Shown in pieces: positions 59,392-64,000 of a stretch of DNA of 64,000 nucleotides. The position numbers and the translations under genes were made by a program. This stretch comes from Lama guanicoe (taxonomy: Eukaryota), in contig MU054323.1 of the NCBI GenBank assembly GCA_013239625.1, positions 17,116,029-17,180,028 of the forward strand. The letters are read 5' to 3'. Under the pieces are notes generated by a model. It did no database searches, was not told the DNA's origin, and saw nothing but the letters and a program-made list of their open reading frames with translations. Numbering within the stretch: the stretch's first letter is position 1; each line of letters opens with the position of its first letter.

Positions 59392-59572
59392 TTGCCATCC
59401 AGGCCTCGCACTGCATCTTCTGCATCTCTAGGATCTTCAAATTCCACAAAGGCAAATCCTGGAGGATTTCTCGCAATCCACACAGTTCTTAAGGGGCCAT
59501 AATAACTGAAAGCCCTTTCTAACTCTCCTTTGCCAGCACCAGTTCCCAGGTTACCGACATACACCTTGGTTT
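59392..59572 (-). CDS. SRSF7: SRSF7 exon 2 (RRM)
   Basis: [60 protein letters not shown] with RNP2/RNP1 motifs; cag| ... |gtaagt; 181 nt. Confidence 0.98.
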
Positions 59573-60610
59573 CTGTTTAAAAATGCAAATAGAAAAATGC
59601 ATGTTATGCAAAATCTGGCTTAAATTTGAATTTTTTGCCGTAAAAGAGGCTATTCTTAAAACCGTGCAAGGCACATTTAATGCTCTATCAAGGACTGAAT
59701 TTAGTCTTAAAACCGGCAAGTAGGTCCGTACATTTCTGAAAAGCTAGGCGTACGTCAAAATTTTTAACATTCAAATAAGGTGGGGAACCTCAAAACACAA
59801 GGGCAGCTGCATGGTAGGATATTCCGAGGCGTGAGGCGGGCTCCGCCCCGGCCCCGCCCCCGAGTCCCGGCAGCCCCGGGCGCGCTGGGAGCGCGCGGGC
59901 CGGCGGCAGCGGCAGCAGCAGCGTCGGCGGCGGGCGGGCCCCGGCGGGTGCCGGACCGGGAGAACGGGGCTGCGCCGGCTCTCGTCCTCCACGGCAACCG
60001 CCCCAGGCGCAGGCTCGCCCATGACTCCAGCTCCCCGCCCCAGAGCCATAAACCTCGCTCGAAAGAGCTAAAAGAGAAAAGAAACCAGCCGCCAGACGAA
60101 AAGATCATGTCTCCATTCCCACTCCGCAATTCGACCAACTGACGAGAATGCACAGCTCGAGGCTGCCACAGTTTTGTCCAGTCTTATATTCACCCCTGTT
60201 TTTACGGCTGCGACCACATCTGTCCGACAAAGTGGCGGGAAAGCGCCAAGGAAATGCGCCACCATGGTCGTCAATGTGCGCAAAATGGCAGCCGAGGGCG
60301 GGGGGAGTGTGGGGGACGGGAGGGCGGCTGGAGGAAGGGCAAAAGCAAAATAGTGATCGAGGGCCTGGCTCGGGCTGGGCGAGAGACCAAAAAGCCCAAG
60401 AACTGGTATAAGCCCCGGCACAGACCTACCCCCGCCATCCCCAGGCTTCCTTCGCTACCCCGCCCCCGCCGCCTCCGGCTTCGTATGGTGTGCGCCGAAG
60501 CCGCCATTACGCACGCGGAATAACCGTCTCCCAACCGCCGCGCCAACCCCACGGCCTCTAAATACTCACTACACCCACAGCAACGTTCCTCACTAGGCCC
60601 AGCCACTTAC

Positions 60611-60638
60611 CTCCTCCGTACCGCCCGTAACGCGACAT
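60611..60638 (-). CDS. SRSF7: Serine/arginine-rich splicing factor 7 (9G8), coding exon 1
   Basis: ATG TCG CGT TAC GGG CGG TAC GGA GGA G|gtaagt = MSRYGRYGG; 28 nt. Confidence 0.97.
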
Positions 60639-60764
60639 GATGACTGGCCCGCGAGCTCCGCTGTTTCAGCTCGCAGCGCCCAAAGAGCGACGAATACAAA
60701 AGCTGCAACACCGCCACACGCCAACGATCCCAGCGGCACTACAAGGAAGAGCCTGGGTCCGCGC

Positions 60765-60920
60765 TTATATATGCGGCGGCTGGGTTTCATTGCGCATGCG
60801 TCACCTCGACGTTCTGCGCGGCACAAAGGAGCTGGGCGGAAACAGCGGAGAAGCGGCGCGGAGGGAACTGAAGAGGCTAAGACGCGGAGCAGAAGCGGAG
60901 GGATACGTTTCCATGGGAAC
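60765..60920 (-). promoter_or_regulatory. SRSF7: SRSF7 core/proximal promoter: TATA, NRF1-like and RFX X-box-like motifs
   Basis: TATATAA (minus) at 60771-60765; TGCGCATGCG at 60791-60800; near-palindromic GTTTCCATGGGAAC at 60907-60920. Confidence 0.7.
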
Positions 60921-63900
60921 GCCACGATTTCCCCGGTAAACCCGTTGCCTTCCCTGTGGTGTCCCGCCCCCTCTCCTCCCCACTTTCCCTGTACCTTCCT
61001 CATTTTCCTTCCCTTCTCCCTCCTCCCTTTCATTCTCCCCAATCTGGGGACCCTCAGCTCTGGTAATCTTCCTACAGGTGCACTAGACCGGCCTTATGAA
61101 AGGCTGTAAAATTTAACCGCTGATGTTGCAGCCGTCGCCGCCTTTCTGCTGGGGGACCTGGCGTAGACTGCTACTCATTGATCTTTGGGGCTCGTCAGAG
61201 GTAATCGGGAGCTTGGCCAGGGTGAGAATTCCATGAACCCCGCCGTTCTGAGTAGTGCTGTCTGCAACAGAAGCTTCAAAAAGGTGTGACGCCCCTAGGG
61301 ACAACCCGCCCTGCACGGACCTTCCAGCCCCCTCAGGGCCAGCCACCAATATTCACCAACAGGGTCCGAGTTCTTGGAGTCCGGGAAACAAAGGAATAGA
61401 CTCCCCCCTCCCCCCCATACTGGAATTGTGACAAAATCCTAAATCCTTAAATCATCTTGAAATTATTTGCATTTGAAGCACAAAGTAATATTTGTGCTTC
61501 CTTTCCAGTGCTTTCTGCTTTATGTTGCAGTACCACATCTCATCCACTAATACTAAGATTCTGAGGACTGGGACTTTAAGTCGTCTCTGAGTAGCAGCCT
61601 TGCTGCTCAGCCACTCTATACATCAAATAGAAGAAAATCCATCTTTATGTTAGAATCGCTGAAAATTCAGTTTCGATTTTATACAATGCATTTACCAGAA
61701 ACCAACTCTGTAAATAGAGATTTGACTTCTTTTTTTTTTTACCATTTATTAATAAAAAAATTACACTAAAAATACTTGGAATACATGAGTTGGAACTGTT
61801 CCACATAAAAGAGGAAATTCTTAGATATCTGCATTTTTATTTTTTTCGTCTGTTGTAACTTCACTTGGTATGTATAGGTGTAGGATACATAGTATAGGGG
61901 AAAGGAGGCTTAGGTAAATAAGCCTTTATTCAGATGAATAAAGTATGGATTCTTTCGGAGTAATGCTACAAATTTATATTTTTTTTTAGTTTTCAAATTG
62001 TGAGAGGAATTTGTCTATCTCAAGAAAATCTCTAGCAAGAAAATAGTTGTATACAGTTTGTTATATTCATTCTCCCTTATTGATTTTTTGTTATCTACTA
62101 ATAAGGTTCTTCTCAAAAGGATTAAACAATAAAGATCTTTTATGTATGCCTTTATATATTTTTATATAGAAACAATATCAATACTGTAAAACCTCATTAA
62201 TTTAACTTTCTCCTGTTAAGAATTTATGAAAACTACTGTTGGACAAAGCATAGGTAACTTAATTGAAAGATAGTAATTATTGTACTGCATAGCTCTTAAT
62301 AGGCCTCAATAAATATTTTTTGGCTCTGAATACAAAGTCAATTGTACAAAAGAGAATTTCTAAGCAAATAGTAGTGTAAACAATAATGAAGAGAAACAGT
62401 TGTCCAACTTATAACAAACTGCTTTCAAGCACATTAAAGGAAAAGGGGTAAACCCAGAGTGGCTTGCCTGCCTCTGTAGCTAAGTATTCTTTATGTCTAT
62501 TAAAGAACGGCCAATTCTAGGCTGAGCTTTGCTAACCTAGTTGCCATTAAAAAAAAAATAGTACTGTATACTACTTTTGTACACTGTTATACTGAACCCT
62601 GTTTCTTTAAGAACATGTAACCAACTCTTTTTCACTAAATGTCAAATCCAAATCAGAGAAACTTTTTATAGAGTTCTTTTATTCCTGCTGATTCTTTTGA
62701 AATCAGCTTCACCTATATAAATTTCTGCCTCTAGGATTCTATGTTAAATTACAATCTCATTCCCAGGTTCAATTTGAATATGAAAGTTACTTAATTCAAT
62801 TCAACAAATATTCTAATATTTCCTATTATGACCTATTGAATAATTCTTATGTTACTGTTGTTAAATATTGATAATATTATTAGTTTATGAAGGGGAGGTA
62901 ATTCCTAATCCTACTGCAGATTTCAAAATTTATCTGCATTTCCTAGATTCAGTATTTCCAGAGAAGCATTAAAGAAAAATTCACTTTTTATCTTACTTTG
63001 TTCTCCATTCTAGTTTCACTTTTAAGTCATTGTCACCATTTTAGCTTGAACATGAAAACTTTACAACAGGAAAAACAAGTTTAGACCTTTTGTACATGTA
63101 TCAGTTTTTAATATAAAAAGTAGTCTTTATGTTAGAATAACATTACAAACACTAATCCTTTACTATGTATTTAAGTATGTGCTGTGTATGTTTGTACCAT
63201 AGGTCAATCCAAACAACTATGGTCAACCACAGCTTTCATTTTTCAACATTTCATAATCTTCTATTCGCTCTAGACTGCTGTTAAGTTCTGGGAAGGAGAA
63301 ACTCTTAGGGGCATGTTTATAATTCTTTCATATTGTATTAAAGAAATAAACTTCTCATTAGCAAAGTACTGGACTGCAATCAGTACTGAAGTATATAGGA
63401 CTGAGAGGAGAACAGAAGTTAAAGAATACCAGTATTTTGATCAATTTCAAAGAGTAAAACTAGGAAGAGTAAAATGTGATGCAAGAGTGCCCACTGATAC
63501 AAATATTACCTAAATGGGTGGTTTAGGAGTATAAAGCAATCCAGGAAGAGTGAGACTTTCTGAGGAATGCCTGATTGTATTTAAAAAGTGTGAAACTGTA
63601 AAATCATCAAGCCCTAAACTAACCAATTGTGTTGTTTAGGAAGAATATTAATGAAAGGGAGTTGGTCAGCTTGGTGTCTTAATTATAGAGAGTTAGACTA
63701 GCTTAGACTTCGAGTTTAGCACTTAGCACTGTCTTGGAAGGAGCGAACCTGTATTATTAACCACCTCTCAGCTATACTTAGAGAAATACTGCACAAGACC
63801 ATTGACTTTGTTTTGTTTGACATTTTGACACCGATCTACTAGTCTCTGGAAATGAATGTCTTCTGTAAAAATTAAGATAATTTTAGTTCGTAAATCCTTT

Positions 63901-64000
63901 TTTTAGGAGAGATGGTATAGTGTAATGATTAAGCATAAGCTCATGAAGTGTGACAGAGTTGGGATTGAAGCTCGGCTCCACTATTGAATAGCTGCCTACC

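Larger units (their letters stand above)
59820..61330. promoter_or_regulatory. SRSF7: CpG island over the SRSF7 promoter, exon 1 and intron 1
   Basis: Very high GC and CpG density relative to the flanks. Confidence 0.9.

Noticed and set aside
59764..61349. Many overlapping 60-149 aa ORFs around the SRSF7 5' end
   Set aside because: Expected from stop-codon scarcity in a CpG island; low-complexity A/G/P/R translations with no recognisable domain
61400..64000. Possible divergent gene upstream of SRSF7
   Set aside because: AT-rich sequence with no recognisable exon; only a MIR fragment at the window end
1..64000. CRISPR arrays, operons or other prokaryotic systems
   Set aside because: The sequence is mammalian (spliceosomal introns, SINE/LINE content) and no regularly spaced repeat-spacer array was seen

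Overview
Mammalian genomic DNA, most likely camelid (inferred from eight copies of a tRNA-Ala-derived SINE resembling camelid Vic-1). It holds two complete, convergent, spliced genes. GALM (galactose mutarotase) is on the + strand: 7 coding exons between 1114 and 45284, 1029 nt = 342 aa + stop, all GT-AG, with a ~27 kb intron 4. SRSF7 (SR splicing factor 9G8) is on the - strand: 8 coding exons between 60638 and 55497, 717 nt = 238 aa + stop, with a TATA/CpG-island promoter. The richest element is SRSF7 intron 3. It contains a ~448 nt poison cassette exon with an early stop and a strong-Kozak AUG in frame with the RS domain (the Split-ORF autoregulation design described in mouse/human), plus extra internal ORFs and a palindromic hairpin just before that AUG. 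The rest is mostly transposon debris (L1, L2, MIR, MLT1, MER/Tigger MITEs). Oddities include a ~100 bp apparent target-site duplication, inverted SINE pairs bracketing GALM exons, tailless SINE/tRNA retrocopies, a perfect 22 bp MER96 hairpin, a local ~120 bp duplication, and an unexplained ~300 bp segment open on both strands. Repeat subfamily names are from memory and need Dfam/RepeatMasker confirmation. Most ORF-track entries are spurious.
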